Positions 1 through 11,621 of a stretch of DNA of 64,000 nt are shown piece after piece. The DNA lies in the NCBI GenBank assembly GCA_963749075.1, contig CAVVLJ010000022.1:64001-128000 (forward strand). Direction: 5' to 3'. The position numbers were made by a program, and so were the translations under genes. The notes beneath the pieces are model-generated. The model was not told the DNA's origin. It did not search any database and worked only from the letters and a program-made list of their open reading frames with translations. Within the stretch, counting starts at the first letter, position 1. Every line of letters starts with the position of its first letter. Source of the DNA: an uncultured Pseudomonadota bacterium (GTDB taxonomy: Bacteria; Pseudomonadota; Alphaproteobacteria; JACZXZ01).

Positions 1-18
1 TACAGCGCGGACTCTAAC

Positions 19-738
19 TTGAGCGACGAAACTGCCCGCGAACGGGCCGCCCGCGCAATGTTGTGTCGGCAGCTCGAGCAGAGCTGGGCCGCTAAGACGC
101 TCGATGGCTTACGGGTGGGGCTCAAGGCCTCATACAGAACCTTCGTCAAAAGGAACCGCGAAACCTTGGATGCAAAGTACGGCACGTGCGGTCGGGTCCT
201 GGAGGTTTTTCTCTTCGCCTGCAACCGGGGCGAGCTCGGAACGTTGTTGCGTAAATATCGCGCCGCCGGGCTTAAGATTTGGAGCGATACGCATCCAATC
301 ACGGCGATACTTCGCGGCGAGATCGGCCTCGACGCGGATCGGGCCAATCGGTGGGGCGAGGCCATTCGTTACGCGCTGTCGTGCAATGTGGTGCCGGAAA
401 ATATGGTTCGGTTCATGCGCGCAAACGGCGGAATCGAAGGCTGCGTGGAAAAATTCCAGGCGATGACGCCAGGCGGGTCGGCTCAAAGTGCCGAAGAAAG
501 CAGGTCCGCAGTCGGTCCCGAGAGTCGCGCGCCACGTGCTGATCATCATAGCGCGATGGGTGCCCGAACGGCACGGTCGAGCCAGGTTATGGCAGAGGCC
601 CCGATCCGGTTCACGAAGAGCTATCACCAGGAGCTGAAACGTTTGACGGCGCGGCATCAGAGCATGATGGTGCGCGTCATTGGTCGACTTTCCAAGGACG
701 GTCACTTGACCCTATGCGGCATCGAAAAGATAAAGTAG
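19..738 (+). CDS. hypothetical protein (mobile-element associated); start uncertain, may extend beyond the window edge
   Basis: 239-aa ORF with protein-like composition; no family recognised. Confidence 0.55.
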   Translation: MSDETARERAARAMLCRQLEQSWAAKTLDGLRVGLKASYRTFVKRNRETLDAKYGTCGRVLEVFLFACNRGELGTLLRKYRAAGLKIWSDTHPITAILRGEIGLDADRANRWGEAIRYALSCNVVPENMVRFMRANGGIEGCVEKFQAMTPGGSAQSAEESRSAVGPESRAPRADHHSAMGARTARSSQVMAEAPIRFTKSYHQELKRLTARHQSMMVRVIGRLSKDGHLTLCGIEKIK

Positions 739-2301
739 GGGCGTGCCACCAGGGGACGCGCTGACGGTAATCGGTGCTTCCCTTTCTCATCAGCGCGAGT
801 TGCCCATCGGCACGTGCGCCGACAACTCTGTACCCGGGCAGCGAGGCTAATCAAGCGAACTCGGTTCTTGAGCGCCTACGTCGCGTGCTCGGCGAAAGGA
901 TATCTATATCCCGGCAAAGCGAGCGATGCGCCGACAGGTTGTAAAAAACAGTGCCGCCTCTGACCAGTTGGCGCCTGTAGGCTCGGAATGTCGGTTCCAC
1001 GAACGAGAGCAACGGCAACACCACGACAACCACATAGGTCGCCGTGATCCTGGCGTTAGTTGTCGCCGAGGCTTGGCGGGGTTGGCGTGAGCTTCGGAAA
1101 GCTCCGGCTACGGGCGGCGAGAATGGCAGGGATGATGGAAGAGGACGCGATCCGGCTCTGCGGTCCCGCCACGGCCGTCGGGAAGAGTGGGACGGGCCCC
1201 GCGGGGCCGAACGAAAGGCCAAGCGGGCATCAAGGGGGCCACGAGCCGCCTGCCGAGTTGAGGCGCGACACGATGGCGCAACGCTTGACCGGCACCTGGG
1301 CGATGGCGTAGCCCCCCGAGAGCACGAACCCATCCAAGTGGGCGGTGGCGCACCGGTTCGTGGCACTGTCCGCCCGGTGACGGTACCGGCATCGAGGGGA
1401 AGGCCTGTTGCTCATGACCGCCGTCAGGGCCGACGGTAAGGGCAGCAAGGACCATCTTGGCGTGACCGAGGGACGATGGTTGACGTCGCCATGGAGCGGC
1501 CTGGCTCGACAAGCTGATCGAGCACAGTCAGACCGCGAAGGTGTGGTGATAGTTCATCGTCGAGGGTACCCCGGCGGTCATCTGCATCGAAGATCGTATC
1601 TACGATGTTGGGGGTAAGGGTGGTATAGGAGAGCGGCTTAACCCGACACGCGAAGGCCATAACACTCAGGCGCCGCCGTCGAACGTCGTAGATACGATGT
1701 TGGGGCAAGGGTTCAGGCCAAAGGTAGGTCGGCTAGGGTCACAGGGGCTCGGCGATGAAGGCCGTGAAATAGGCCTCTACGGGGCATTTCCAGATCCGGA
1801 GAGGCCAATTCCAGGGCAGGAAATAGCTCCTAATTCCTTCGCCCGGCTAACCCCCGGGAAGCGGCAATGTGAGGGTGCGAGGCCCACTCGACGTTGTCCT
1901 TGGCAGCCTGCGCCGGCCGATAGTCACCGTCACCACCAGGTCCAGCCATCGACGCGCGGGCTTAGTCGTGTAGTCCCAGAAGGCATGCTGCCTGGCCGGC
2001 GAGAGTCAGGCATGCCGTCAGTAACGCGAACATCGATCGCCCCTCTTTCGGTCCGTCATCCACTCACCCGAGGCCTATAACTTGCCATGCGCGAGCTCCG
2101 CGAGAGGCTACGGACCGGGCCGCTGTGCGCCTGAGATGGGGATTTTCTCGGGTACCAGAGATAATGGTCTGGGGTGGTCGTGTTGACGGGAGATCCATGA
2201 CACGAGCTTACGGATGAAAAGTGATGTGTATTGCCTCTACATGCTGAGATTTAAGCAGTATATATGTCTTGCTAAGCATATACGGGGTACTAACAGCCTA
2301 T

Positions 2302-2716
2302 ATGGGGCACCGAGGGGGAAATCGATATAGACCGACATGTTGGTGCTCGGCTGCGGATGCGTCGAACCATGCTGGGCATGAATCAGTCCCAGCTCGGGAA
2401 ATCAGCTGGCCTCACGTTTCAGCAGATTCAGAAATACGAGAACGGCGCCAATCGCATCAGCGCGAGCAAGCTCTATCTATTTGCGAGCTTCTTGAAGGCA
2501 CCAGTGTCGTTCTTCTTCGAGGGCGTGGAACCCAAAACACGTGGCGCGCGCCGGGGAACCCGCCAAGAAAAGGATCCTCTTTACAAGCGCGAGACATTGG
2601 TTTTCGTACGTGCCTTCGCTCGCATCCAGGCTCCAGCCGTGCGCAGATCGCTGACCAGCCTCATACTCGCGGCGGCAGGGCGCGACGACAGACCAGGGCC
2701 TCGCGCGATGCGCTGA
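2302..2716 (+). CDS. XRE-family HTH transcriptional regulator, with an apparent +1 frameshift in the G5 run at 2314-2318
   Basis: IDRHVGARLRMRRTMLGMNQSQLG..TFQQIQKYENGANRISASKL. Removing one G joins ATG 2302 (MGHR) to this frame, matching GHR in the paralogue at 16917-17348. Confidence 0.85.
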
Positions 2717-2809
2717 AACTCGCTCAACCATCGCGCGAGATAGGGGGAAACAGCCATTTCGCACTGAGTCGGATTGGGCCGAGATACGATGGATGACGGC
2801 ATATTGTGG
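2694..2809 (+). repeat. dispersed repeat family 1, copy A (3' end and downstream of the XRE gene)
   Basis: Ungapped match to 7674-7789, 22 mismatches in 116 nt by hand count. Confidence 0.85.
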
Positions 2810-2946
2810 CAGCCAGCCGCCCCGCACGTCGTTATCCTAAGCTGATATTCTGGAAATTTCGGTCGGAGCGTCGCCGTGCCGCATGTCAATCTAGGCAGGG
2901 ACGTTTGCGATGCCATATGGGCATCGACGAGGGGAGAACCACGACG

Positions 2947-3585
2947 ATGTATCAGCTCTATTACTACCCGGACAATGCGAGTTTGGCGCCGCACATGGTA
3001 CTTGAGGAGATCAGCGCGCCCTTCGAGCTCGTATTCCTGGATCGCGCGCGCGATGCCCATAAAGCGCTTGATTATCTGAAGCTCGATCCACATGGCCGCA
3101 TCCCGACCCTAGTGGATGGCGACCTCGTTCTTTACGAAGCATCGGCGATCTGCCTCCATCTCACTGACCACCACCCTGGGGCGGGGTTAGCGCCAGAAAT
3201 CGGCAGCGTCGAGCGTGCGCACTTCTACAAGTGGCTCGTCTATCTGACAAACACGGTCCAGGCAGAGATGTCACCCTACTATTATCCGCACCGCTGGGCC
3301 GACGACGAGGCAGGCGCGGCATCAGTGAAGCGTCACGCCGAGGCGCGCATGGGCGAGATGTTCAACAGGATGGAAGACGGCCTCGCCGAAGGCGGACCCT
3401 ATCTTCTGGGGAACCGCTTCTCGGCCGCCGACCTCTATTTGCTGATGCTGGCCGGTTGGAGCCGTCCCTTTGAACAGCCGGCGCATACCCGTCCCCGGCT
3501 CGCCCAACTGTTGGAGCGGGTGGCCGCACGCCCCGCCGTGCAGCGAGCCTTCCTCGCCGAGGGCATGGCGGCACCCTATTACTGA
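2947..3585 (+). CDS. glutathione S-transferase family protein
   Basis: YQLYYYPDNASLAPHMVLEE, DPHGRIPTLVDGDLVLYEASAI, FSAADLYL; GAGGGGAG RBS. Confidence 0.93.
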   Translation: MYQLYYYPDNASLAPHMVLEEISAPFELVFLDRARDAHKALDYLKLDPHGRIPTLVDGDLVLYEASAICLHLTDHHPGAGLAPEIGSVERAHFYKWLVYLTNTVQAEMSPYYYPHRWADDEAGAASVKRHAEARMGEMFNRMEDGLAEGGPYLLGNRFSAADLYLLMLAGWSRPFEQPAHTRPRLAQLLERVAARPAVQRAFLAEGMAAPYY

Positions 3586-3809
3586 TCGGACGCCGCGGTA
3601 CCGCAAATCGCCGCGTCATTCGGGAAATACGGGTCAAAAGGGAGCAGAGGTGAAGAGGCCGTTCCGCTTCCGGCGGACTCCCGATCACGTCCTCAGGGCG
3701 AGGGTTGACGGGGCCAAGCGCTGGGAGGCGAAATAGGAGGCAATTATAGGTTTCCCCACGGTGCAGGCGCCCCCGCGGTGAGAGACAAGCCATTGGTAGG
3801 AGATGCTGC

Positions 3810-4787
3810 ATGATCGTCGTGACCAACAACGAAGGGACGCCGGGGATCCCGGTCACGACCAGGCTCCTCAAAGAGGGCTCTCCGGCGCTGGCGGCGATCG
3901 AGGCCGGGATTCGCCTGGTGGAAAGCGACGAGACCATCCGCACCGTGGGCTGCGGCGGCTGGCCCAATCTGCTGGGCGACGTCGAGCTGGACGCGGCCGT
4001 GATGGACGGCACGACGCTGCGAACCGGTGCCGTTGGCGCGCTCAAAGGGTATCTGCACCCAATCACAGTGGCCCGCGCGGTGATGGAGCGGCTGCCCCAT
4101 GTGTTTCTCGTCGGCGAGGGGGCGGCGCGCTTCGCCCGCGAGATCGGCGCCGAGGCCGGCGACAACCTGATCCCAGATTCGACGCGCGTCTGGCGCGCCT
4201 GGTTCGAGAAGGAAGTTCCCGAGGCGGACAAACGGCGCTGGGCCGAGGCACCTCTTATCGAGCTCTGCAAGCACGCCGTGGATCCCGAGATCGGGTGCGA
4301 CACCACGACATTCCTGGCCCAGGACGCGACCGGCGCGATCTGCGGCGGCGTCAGCACCTCAGGCTGGGGCTGGAAATACCCGGGAAGGCTCGGCGACTCG
4401 CCGGTGATCGGCGCCGGCATGTACGCCGATAGCCGCTACGGCGCTTGCGCTTGCACCGGGGCCGGCGAAATCACCATTCGCGCGGGCACGTCGCGCGCTG
4501 TCGTCCTCTATATGAAGATGGGCAAGAGCGTGGACGCCGCCGTGCGCGAGGCCGTCGAGGACATGCGCCAGCTCAAGGGCGGCCTCATCAGCCGCGTCAC
4601 CATTCATGCGATCGACACCGAGGGCAATCATAAGGTGGTCGCGGTAAACGGGAATCCGAAGAATGTTTACTGGCTTTGGCGCAAGGGCGACGACACGCCC
4701 CGATCCCTGCCGGCGGAGATCATCACGATCTCGCCGGTCGTGACCAAGCCCTCGCCGTCGGAGGTCTACGGCGCGCCGCGCGGATAG
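3810..4787 (+). CDS. isoaspartyl peptidase/L-asparaginase/glycosylasparaginase (Ntn hydrolase)
   Basis: ELDAAVMDG, PHVFLVGEGA, DT nucleophile site, STSG..KYPGRLGDSPVIGAG, CTGAGE. Confidence 0.9.
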   Translation: MIVVTNNEGTPGIPVTTRLLKEGSPALAAIEAGIRLVESDETIRTVGCGGWPNLLGDVELDAAVMDGTTLRTGAVGALKGYLHPITVARAVMERLPHVFLVGEGAARFAREIGAEAGDNLIPDSTRVWRAWFEKEVPEADKRRWAEAPLIELCKHAVDPEIGCDTTTFLAQDATGAICGGVSTSGWGWKYPGRLGDSPVIGAGMYADSRYGACACTGAGEITIRAGTSRAVVLYMKMGKSVDAAVREAVEDMRQLKGGLISRVTIHAIDTEGNHKVVAVNGNPKNVYWLWRKGDDTPRSLPAEIITISPVVTKPSPSEVYGAPRG

Positions 4788-4844
4788 CTGCACTGATGGC
4801 GGAACGATAAGGATCAGTTTTTCGCATCGACGCAGGCGCAGGGA

Positions 4845-5940
4845 TCAAGGAGTCCGCTTGTTGTCGATCATCACGATCTTGCATGGGTCGGTGTCGGTAC
4901 CCATGCAGAACTTCATGGCGTTGGCGACCGCCGCCTCGGTCGAATCGGCCAGCGTCGAGTAGCGCCAGTGCGAATGCGACATGGCGAATGCCTTGTGCGG
5001 CATCGCCGCCAAGTAGGTGGCGAATCCCTGGCGGCCCGAATCACCCAGTCCAGCGGGTGGCGTGACATCCGGTAAGGTTATGGTCAGCGGCGGCGAAATC
5101 AGAGGGAGATGCTGATCGGTGAAAAACTGATCGAGATAACGGGTCCAGATCGCCACCCCTTCGGGCATGGCATAGAGGTGGTGGCCGTCGGTGCCGGTCG
5201 CGGGCGCCATGTAGAAGACCGCCTTGCCGCCGGCATCCGTGAAGGCCTTGTGATAAGCCCGAGCGAGCGCGGGTCCCATGTGATAGTCGTTTTCGGTATA
5301 TATCCACAACATCGGGACGCGGGACGTCGTGGCCGAAAGTCAAGAATGCGTTCAACATCAAATCTGCGGAAAGGCCCACGGTCTCGATCAAGGGCGGACG
5401 GATGGAGTGATCGGCCCCGTTGTTCCCGGCAAAGCTGATTGCCGCCACTAGATTGGCGGGCGGCTTGGCGGTCAATGCCACCGCCCCCACGCCTCCGGTC
5501 GAGTGGCCGATTGCAATCGCACGGCTCGGATCGATATAGGGCATCTGCTCCATCACACGCATGGTTTCGCGCAGCGTCTGGGCCGCGAAATTCGCATTCG
5601 ACACGAAATCCCCGCGCGGCTCCTCACCTTCGGATGTGCCATAACCAGGGCGCATTACGGCGACAGTCGTCCAGCCGCGGCGCGCGAGCTCCCGGGCCAC
5701 GTAAAGCATCGGCCGCGGACTAAACTCCGGAGTGCCGTCGATGAACACCGCGAGCGGATGACGCTGATTGTCGTCGGCACGCACCACGACGGCTTCGAGC
5801 GACCACGTCGGCGAATCTTTGACCTGCGGATAGTTCGCCGACACCCGCGTGTCCTCGAACAGAAGGCCAGTCGCCTGCACCTCGACCGAACCCGCAAATA
5901 CAAGAACCAACAGGAGGCTAGGTGTGATCACGTAGCGCAT
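4845..5940 (-). CDS. exported dienelactone-hydrolase-like alpha/beta hydrolase, +1 frameshift at about 5331-5334
   Basis: Signal peptide, MRPGYGTSEG, GHSTGG nucleophile elbow; removing one C joins FG to TTSRVPMLWIYTEND..DGHHL. Confidence 0.8.
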
Positions 5941-6510
5941 GGGCCGCCCGGAAGGCATTGGTCTTTCAAATCGGGATATCTGTTTTGATCGAACGCGCGG
6001 GCGCCGGACATAGTGGTCAACCGGGATTCCCCAGATGACTCCCGAGCTGATGAGAAGATTAGCGCTTCCCCGGCTTGCCTGGAAGACAAACACGAGGTGT
6101 GGACGGCTACGGTCATGAGCCATGCCAAGTCACACTTCGGCTCAGTGGGCACTTATCCGACAGCTCAACGAGGGCGCCCGGGATTCTTCCGGCGTTCTGA
6201 GCTCCGCGGACCATTTCCGAGAGGCGGACTTAGCCCCTTGGGGGCGATGGCTCGAGCGGGGAGCCGGCCGACTGAGGAAGCCCTAGAAAGCCCCTCTGAC
6301 GCCAAAATCACGGCCCTGGGTGCGTTCACGCCTGGAAGGGCGAAGGGGAAGGCCTTGGAAAGGGCTCTCGGCACCCTGCGGGGCGAGGGAGGCGCGGCCA
6401 GCGACGCCACGGGAAAGGGACAGCGCCGGCCGGTTATTCCTTTTGACAGGGCCATGGGAACGTGGCAATTGGCTGCCCTCCGTCGAGTTGACCAGCGAGG
6501 AGTGCTGCCG

Positions 6511-6855
6511 GTGACGAAGGCGCAATGGGGCACCAAGCGAATTTGCCAAAGCTGCGGCACGCGCTTCTACGATCTACGGCGCACTCCAATCAAGTGCCCG
6601 AAGTGCGGCACGATCTTCGATCGCCAGGCTTTGATCAAGGCGCCGCGTCTGCGCCAGGCTCCCGCCCCGGTCCTGTCCGTGCTCAGGGAGCCCGCGATCG
6701 CCGAGGTCGAGGCTCCCGAGGGGGAGGAAGCTCCTGCCGAGCCGGCCGAGGACGAGGAGGAAAAGGTCATCGAGGATGCCTCCGAGCTCGGCAAGGACGA
6801 GCACGACGTTGCCGAGGTGATCGAGAACGTCGAGGAAGAGGAAGGCGAGCGCTGA
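6511..6855 (+). CDS. TIGR02300/FYDLN-acid family protein
   Basis: WGTKRICQSCGTRFYDL..CPKCG zinc ribbon and acidic tail; GAGGAG RBS before GTG. Confidence 0.92.
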   Translation: MTKAQWGTKRICQSCGTRFYDLRRTPIKCPKCGTIFDRQALIKAPRLRQAPAPVLSVLREPAIAEVEAPEGEEAPAEPAEDEEEKVIEDASELGKDEHDVAEVIENVEEEEGER

Positions 6856-6865
6856 CGTGCTGCTC

Positions 6866-6938
6866 TTGGCTTCCGGCTACCCCAGCAGCATGTTATCGTT
6901 CACGCCGATCCTTGGTCATCTGGGGGATGTCGGTTCAA
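6866..6938 (+). repeat. dispersed repeat family 2, copy A (intergenic, upstream of bactofilin)
   Basis: Ungapped 73-nt match to 14373-14445, 17 mismatches by hand count. Confidence 0.8.
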
Positions 6939-6966
6939 CTCGAAGCGGCGAAGGGGGAATTGAGCG

Positions 6967-7488
6967 ATGTTCGAGCGCAAGAGTTCCGACGATGACGGGA
7001 CGGCTGGGACCTTGCGGGACGACGCCGGGCCGCGGAGCGGCATCATCACCCCGCCGATGCGGCCGACACCCGAGCCCTATCGGCGGGTCATCGAGGCTCC
7101 CAATCTCACGCGGCGGGTCGAGGGTGCCGCCGCCGTTGCCGAGGTCAGGCCCGAGAGCAAAAAACTGATCGTTGGCCGCGACATCTCGCTCAACGGCAAG
7201 ATATCGTCGTGCGACCGCCTCATTGTCGAAGGGTTGGTCGAAGCAGAGCTGCAGGACTGCCACACCATCGAGATCGCCGAAAGCGGCACCTTCAAGGGAG
7301 TCGCCGAGATCGAGAGTGCGGAGATCTCCGGTCACTACGAGGGCTCCTTGACCGTGCGCAAGAATCTCTTGATCCGCAGCAGGGGGCAAGTGAGGGGGCT
7401 GGTTCGCTACGGCCGCCTGGAGATCGAGCAGGGCGGAGAGATCAACGGCGACATCAAGAGCCTGGCCCTTGAGCACATGGGCAATTAG
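6967..7488 (+). CDS. bactofilin (polymer-forming cytoskeletal protein)
   Basis: KLIVGRDISLNGKISSCDRLIVEGLVE..GLVRYGRLEIEQGGEING beta-helix. Confidence 0.92.
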   Translation: MFERKSSDDDGTAGTLRDDAGPRSGIITPPMRPTPEPYRRVIEAPNLTRRVEGAAAVAEVRPESKKLIVGRDISLNGKISSCDRLIVEGLVEAELQDCHTIEIAESGTFKGVAEIESAEISGHYEGSLTVRKNLLIRSRGQVRGLVRYGRLEIEQGGEINGDIKSLALEHMGN

Positions 7489-7673
7489 CGCGCCTCGACC
7501 CTAACCGCGCGGCGATTTCCGCCGAGGCCGCCTCAGTCGTCACTTTGCGCCAGGGAATGGCCGCAGTACCCCAGAAAGCGGACCCGCCCGCACGCTGCCG
7601 GCACCGCCGCAAGGTACCGCGGCATCATCCTGACGCGGTCGAACATGCTACGGCCGGCAATTCTGGCGCGGCT

Positions 7674-7789
7674 CAGGGCCTCACGCGAGGCGCCGACTCA
7701 CGCTCAACCATCGCGCGAGATAGGAGGAATCGCCGGTTTCCTACTCAGTCGGATTCGACCGCGGTACGACGGATGATGACATATTGTGG
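7674..7789 (+). repeat. dispersed repeat family 1, copy B (no XRE gene upstream)
   Basis: Matches 2694-2809 and the reverse complement of 16862-16912. Confidence 0.85.
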
Positions 7790-8131
7790 GAGCGCGCCCT
7801 GCCGAGACGAAAGGTGTCAATCAGCACCGAACTGATGGGTGGACGACCCCCGTTGATTGATTGAACAACGCGACTGATATTGAGGCCGACGCTGTTGGCC
7901 GTCGCGGCGGGAGCGAGTGCACGTGGGAACGAGCTGCGGCACGATCGTCTGCCACCCGGGAGCAATCAATACCGGAGCACGATTGCGGCTGAACCAATAC
8001 GGACGTTCGTCGCAGCTTATTGTGGGTTGCTGTGCGGCAACGAATTGAACCAGGCATGCAACTGCACGAATATTGACTATGACGTATCGGAGCATATACA
8101 GAGATGGACATTGACTGACTCCTTGAATATT

Positions 8132-8224
8132 TTATTCTCGACGCATTGCGAGGTAGGCGGCGAGATCGGCTTCGGAGATGCGGAGCCGGTGGCCGAGGCG
8201 ATGACTAGTGAGCTCGCCGCGGGC
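8132..8224 (-). pseudogene. C-terminal remnant of an excisionase-like (HTH_17) DNA-binding protein
   Basis: Reads ARGELTSHRLGHRLRISEADLAAYLAMRRE*; the N-terminal HTH helix is absent. Confidence 0.6.
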
Positions 8225-8402
8225 GCTCCTGAGCTGATACTCACTTTTGCTTTCCCAACCTTGGCTGTTTGCGCTGCATTGCCGTCTCCGTTCATGGAAA
8301 CTTGCTCAGAATTTACCTGCGACGTCGTAGTCCTCGCTACGCTCCTAAGCACTGTGTGGTCCTCCACAAATTCTCGTGTCTTTCATTAGGGCTCCATTTC
8401 TA

Positions 8403-9226
8403 GGGTCTGTACCCGCATAATGTCTTGAAAAAGTTGTCCGAATGTGATTCACCGTGGTTGGAGGTGGATCATGCGGTTTGATTTGAGCGACGAGGAATGG
8501 GCTGTGCTGGAGCCGTTGATGCCGGGCCTTCGCAAGAAGGCGCGAGAGGATGATCGCCGGATCATGAATGGCATCTTCTACGTGCTGCGCACCGGCATGC
8601 CGTGGCGAGATTTGCCGGAGCGCTATGGGCCTTACACGACGGTCTACAATCGCTTCAACCGCTGGTCTCGCCGCGGCATCTGGAAGCGGATTTTCGACGC
8701 GCTGGCCGCGACATCGCACGATAGCCTCTATCTGATCGACAGCACCATCGTGAAAGCGCATCGCGCGGCGAGCGGCGCAAAAGGGGGGAGAAAAATCAGG
8801 CGATCGGTATTAGCCGGGGCGGGCGCAGCACGAAGATCCATGCGGTCGTCGACGGCAAAGGCCGCCCGCTGAACTTCATCGTCACGGGCGCACAGGTCCA
8901 TGACAGCCAAGTCGTCGAAGCGGTGCTGGACACGCCCAAGCCGCCCCTCGCCGTCGCGGCCGACAAGGCTTATGACAGCCAAAAGGTCCGCCAGCAGATC
9001 AGGGACGAAGGTGCCTTGCCCGTCATCCCCAGCCGCAGCAATGCCACCAAGAAAGCCTATTGCCCCAAGCGCATCTATCGCAGGCGCCACAAGATCGAAA
9101 ATTACTTCTGCCGCATCAAGGATTGGCGGCGCATCGCAACCCGATACGACAAGCTGGCCAGAAACTTCCTTGCCGCCGCAGCCCTCGTCGGCGCACTCTA
9201 CTGGATCAAATTGTGAGTCCAGACCC
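8403..9226 (+). mobile_element. IS5-family insertion sequence (IS427-like group), copy 1, 824 bp
   Basis: TIRs GGGTCTGTACCCGCA / GGGTCTGGACTCACA, flanking TA duplication, second copy at 26937-27760. Confidence 0.95.
8471..9216 (+). CDS. IS5-family transposase expressed by -1 frameshift at AAAAGGGGGG (8779-8788)
   Basis: LRTGMPWRDLPERYGP, IDSTIVKAH, GISRGGRSTKIH, ADKAYD, RRIATRYDK; the split is identical in both copies. Confidence 0.93.
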
Positions 9227-9349
9227 TAGTATGATTTATGCATCCGCATTCGCATCGACAGGAGGTGCCTCCTTGGCGTATGTCGTCTCTAGGCCAATGA
9301 CCACGACATCGCCACGTCGCCGCCGGCAACTGTCGGCAACGGCGGCGAC

Positions 9350-10735
9350 ATGAGAGGCGCTTGCGTGCGCAAGTCGCTTGCGGCGGTGGGGCTCTTTGCG
9401 GGGTTGCTGACGGGCGGCGGCGCCCTCGGGCAAACCCTGACGGATGCCCTGGTCATGGCCTACCGCACGAATCCGGCCCTTCTTGCCGAGCGGGCGCAGT
9501 TGCGGGCACAGGACGAGGGGGTCGCACAGGCGCTCTCGGGCTGGCGCCCGACCGTCACGATCGGCGTCAACGGGGGCCGCCAGTGGTATAACTCCATACC
9601 GATGGCGAGCGGCTCGAACTCGACGGTTTTTAGCACCGAGTATCCGCGCTCGGGGCAACTCGTCATCACGCAGAATATCTACAAGGGCGGCAAGATCGAG
9701 GCCCAGACGCGGGCGGCGGACTATAACGTGCTGGCCGAGCGCTCGCACCTGCAGCTCATCGAGCAGACCACGATGCTCAACGCGGCGAGCGCCTACATCA
9801 ACGTCGTCGAGGCCCAGGCGCTGCTCGATCTCAGCATCAACAACGAGCAGGTCCTCGCTAAGCAGCTCGAGGCGACGCGGGACCGCTTCCAGGTGGGCGA
9901 GGTGACGCGCACGGACGTGTCGCAGGCGGAAGCGAGTCTCTCGGCGGCGCATGCCGGACGGCAGGCGGCCGAGAGCCAGCTTGCCATCGCGCGCGCGAAC
10001 TACCGCAACGAGATGGGCGTGGATCCCGGCCAGCTCATCGATCCGGGCGAGCCGCTCGGGCTGCCGGGTGCGCGGGACGAGGCGCTCTCCCTGGCACAGC
10101 ATCAGAACCCCAACGTGACGGCGGCCGCCTATAGCGAGCGCTCGGCGCTCGCCAACGTCGACGTGCAGTTGAGCGGCCTCTTGCCGAGCCTCTCGATCCA
10201 GGCGCTCCTCTCGAAGAGCGAGCAGCAGGCGAGCCGCATCGACGACACCACCTCGGCCCAGATCCTCGCGGTGCTGTCGCTGCCGATCTATACCGGCGGC
10301 CTGGCCGACTCGCAGGTGCGCCAGGCGAAGGAGCAGGTCGGCGCCGCGCGGCTTCAAGTCGAGGTGGCGCAGCGCCAGGCGATCCAGGACGCCGCCACCG
10401 CTTGGGACACCCTCGCGAGCGCCCGCGCGCAGGCCCTCTCCTTCAGCGACCAGATCAAGGCGAACCAGGTGGCGCTCGAGGGCGTGCAACAGGAGGCGCT
10501 CGCGGGCCTGCGTACGGTTCTCGACGTGCTCAATGCCCAGCAGGCGCTGCTCACCTCGCAAGTGAGCCTCGTGCAGTCGAAGCACGACGGCATCCAGGCG
10601 GCCTACAATCTGCTCAACGCCGCAGGACGGCTCACCGCGCGCGACCGCCAGCTCCCGGTCGAATATTACGACCCGACGAACCACTACAACGAGACGCGCG
10701 GCAAGTGGCGCGGCCTCGGCGATCCGGTGCAATGA
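9350..10735 (+). CDS. TolC-family outer membrane protein
   Basis: QTLTDAL..AYRTNP, RDRFQVGEVTRTDVSQAE, GLRTVLDVLNAQQ. Confidence 0.93.
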   Translation: MRGACVRKSLAAVGLFAGLLTGGGALGQTLTDALVMAYRTNPALLAERAQLRAQDEGVAQALSGWRPTVTIGVNGGRQWYNSIPMASGSNSTVFSTEYPRSGQLVITQNIYKGGKIEAQTRAADYNVLAERSHLQLIEQTTMLNAASAYINVVEAQALLDLSINNEQVLAKQLEATRDRFQVGEVTRTDVSQAEASLSAAHAGRQAAESQLAIARANYRNEMGVDPGQLIDPGEPLGLPGARDEALSLAQHQNPNVTAAAYSERSALANVDVQLSGLLPSLSIQALLSKSEQQASRIDDTTSAQILAVLSLPIYTGGLADSQVRQAKEQVGAARLQVEVAQRQAIQDAATAWDTLASARAQALSFSDQIKANQVALEGVQQEALAGLRTVLDVLNAQQALLTSQVSLVQSKHDGIQAAYNLLNAAGRLTARDRQLPVEYYDPTNHYNETRGKWRGLGDPVQ

Positions 10736-10748
10736 CGCCCGCCTCCGC

Positions 10749-11621
10749 TCAATGCCCCTCCTCGGCAATGAGCAGGAGGTAGCGTCCGTACTCGTTCTTT
10801 TCCATGCTGCGCCCGAGCGCCGCGAGTTGCGCGCAATCGATGTAGCCCTTGCGATAGGCGATCTCCTCGACGCAGCCGATCTTGAGCCCCTGCCTGAGCT
10901 CGACGGTGCGGACGAACTCGGACGCCTGGATGAGCGTGTCGTGGGTGCCGGTATCGAGCCAGGCGAAGCCGCGCCCGAGCGTCTCCACCTTGAGCTCGCC
11001 GCGCGCGAGGTAGATGTTGTTGAGATCCGAAATCTCGAGCTCGCCGCGCGGCGAGGGCCGGATCGTCCGCGCGTGCTCGACCACCCACTCGTCGTAAAAG
11101 TAAAGCCCCGTGATGGCATAATTCGACTTGGGCTTCTTCGGCTTCTCGTCAATCGAAATGACATTCGACTGTGCGTCGAAGGCGACGACGCCGTACCGCT
11201 CGGGGTCGCGCACCCGGTAGGCGAACACGACCGCCCCCCGCTCGATCGCCGTCGCGCGCGCCAGCGTCTCGGGAAGGCCGTGGCCGAAGAAGACGTTGTC
11301 GCCGAGAACGAGGCAGCATTTGCTGCCGGCGAGAAAATCGGCGCCGATGAGGAAGGCCTGGGCGAGGCCCTCGGGCTTCGGCTGCACGGCATATGAGAAC
11401 GAGAGGCCCCATTGTACGCCGTCCTCGAGGAGCGCCTTGTACTGGCGCTGGTCCTCGGGCGTGGTAATGATGAGGATCTTGCGGATGCCGGCCAGCATCA
11501 GAACCGACAAGGAATAGTAGATCATCGGCTTGTCGTAGATGGGCAAAAGCTGCTTGCTCACGCCGCGCGTGATCGGGTAGAGCCGCGTCCCGGTTCCTCC
11601 TGCCAGCACGATTCCCTTCAT
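10749..11621 (-). CDS. rfbA: glucose-1-phosphate thymidylyltransferase
   Basis: [44 protein letters not shown]. Confidence 0.97.
   Translation of the reverse strand: MKGIVLAGGTGTRLYPITRGVSKQLLPIYDKPMIYYSLSVLMLAGIRKILIITTPEDQRQYKALLEDGVQWGLSFSYAVQPKPEGLAQAFLIGADFLAGSKCCLVLGDNVFFGHGLPETLARATAIERGAVVFAYRVRDPERYGVVAFDAQSNVISIDEKPKKPKSNYAITGLYFYDEWVVEHARTIRPSPRGELEISDLNNIYLARGELKVETLGRGFAWLDTGTHDTLIQASEFVRTVELRQGLKIGCVEEIAYRKGYIDCAQLAALGRSMEKNEYGRYLLLIAEEGH

Noticed and set aside
851-2260. Overlapping short ORFs, possibly a decayed gene
   Set aside because: No recognisable motif or consistent frame
3728-3759. Possible fourth copy of repeat family 1 (GCGAAATAGGAGG..GGTTTCC)
   Set aside because: Short, spacing off by one, and the flanks do not align
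7821-8111. Minus-strand ORF with AAGGAG RBS downstream of the excisionase relic
   Set aside because: Atypical composition and no family resemblance; left uncalled
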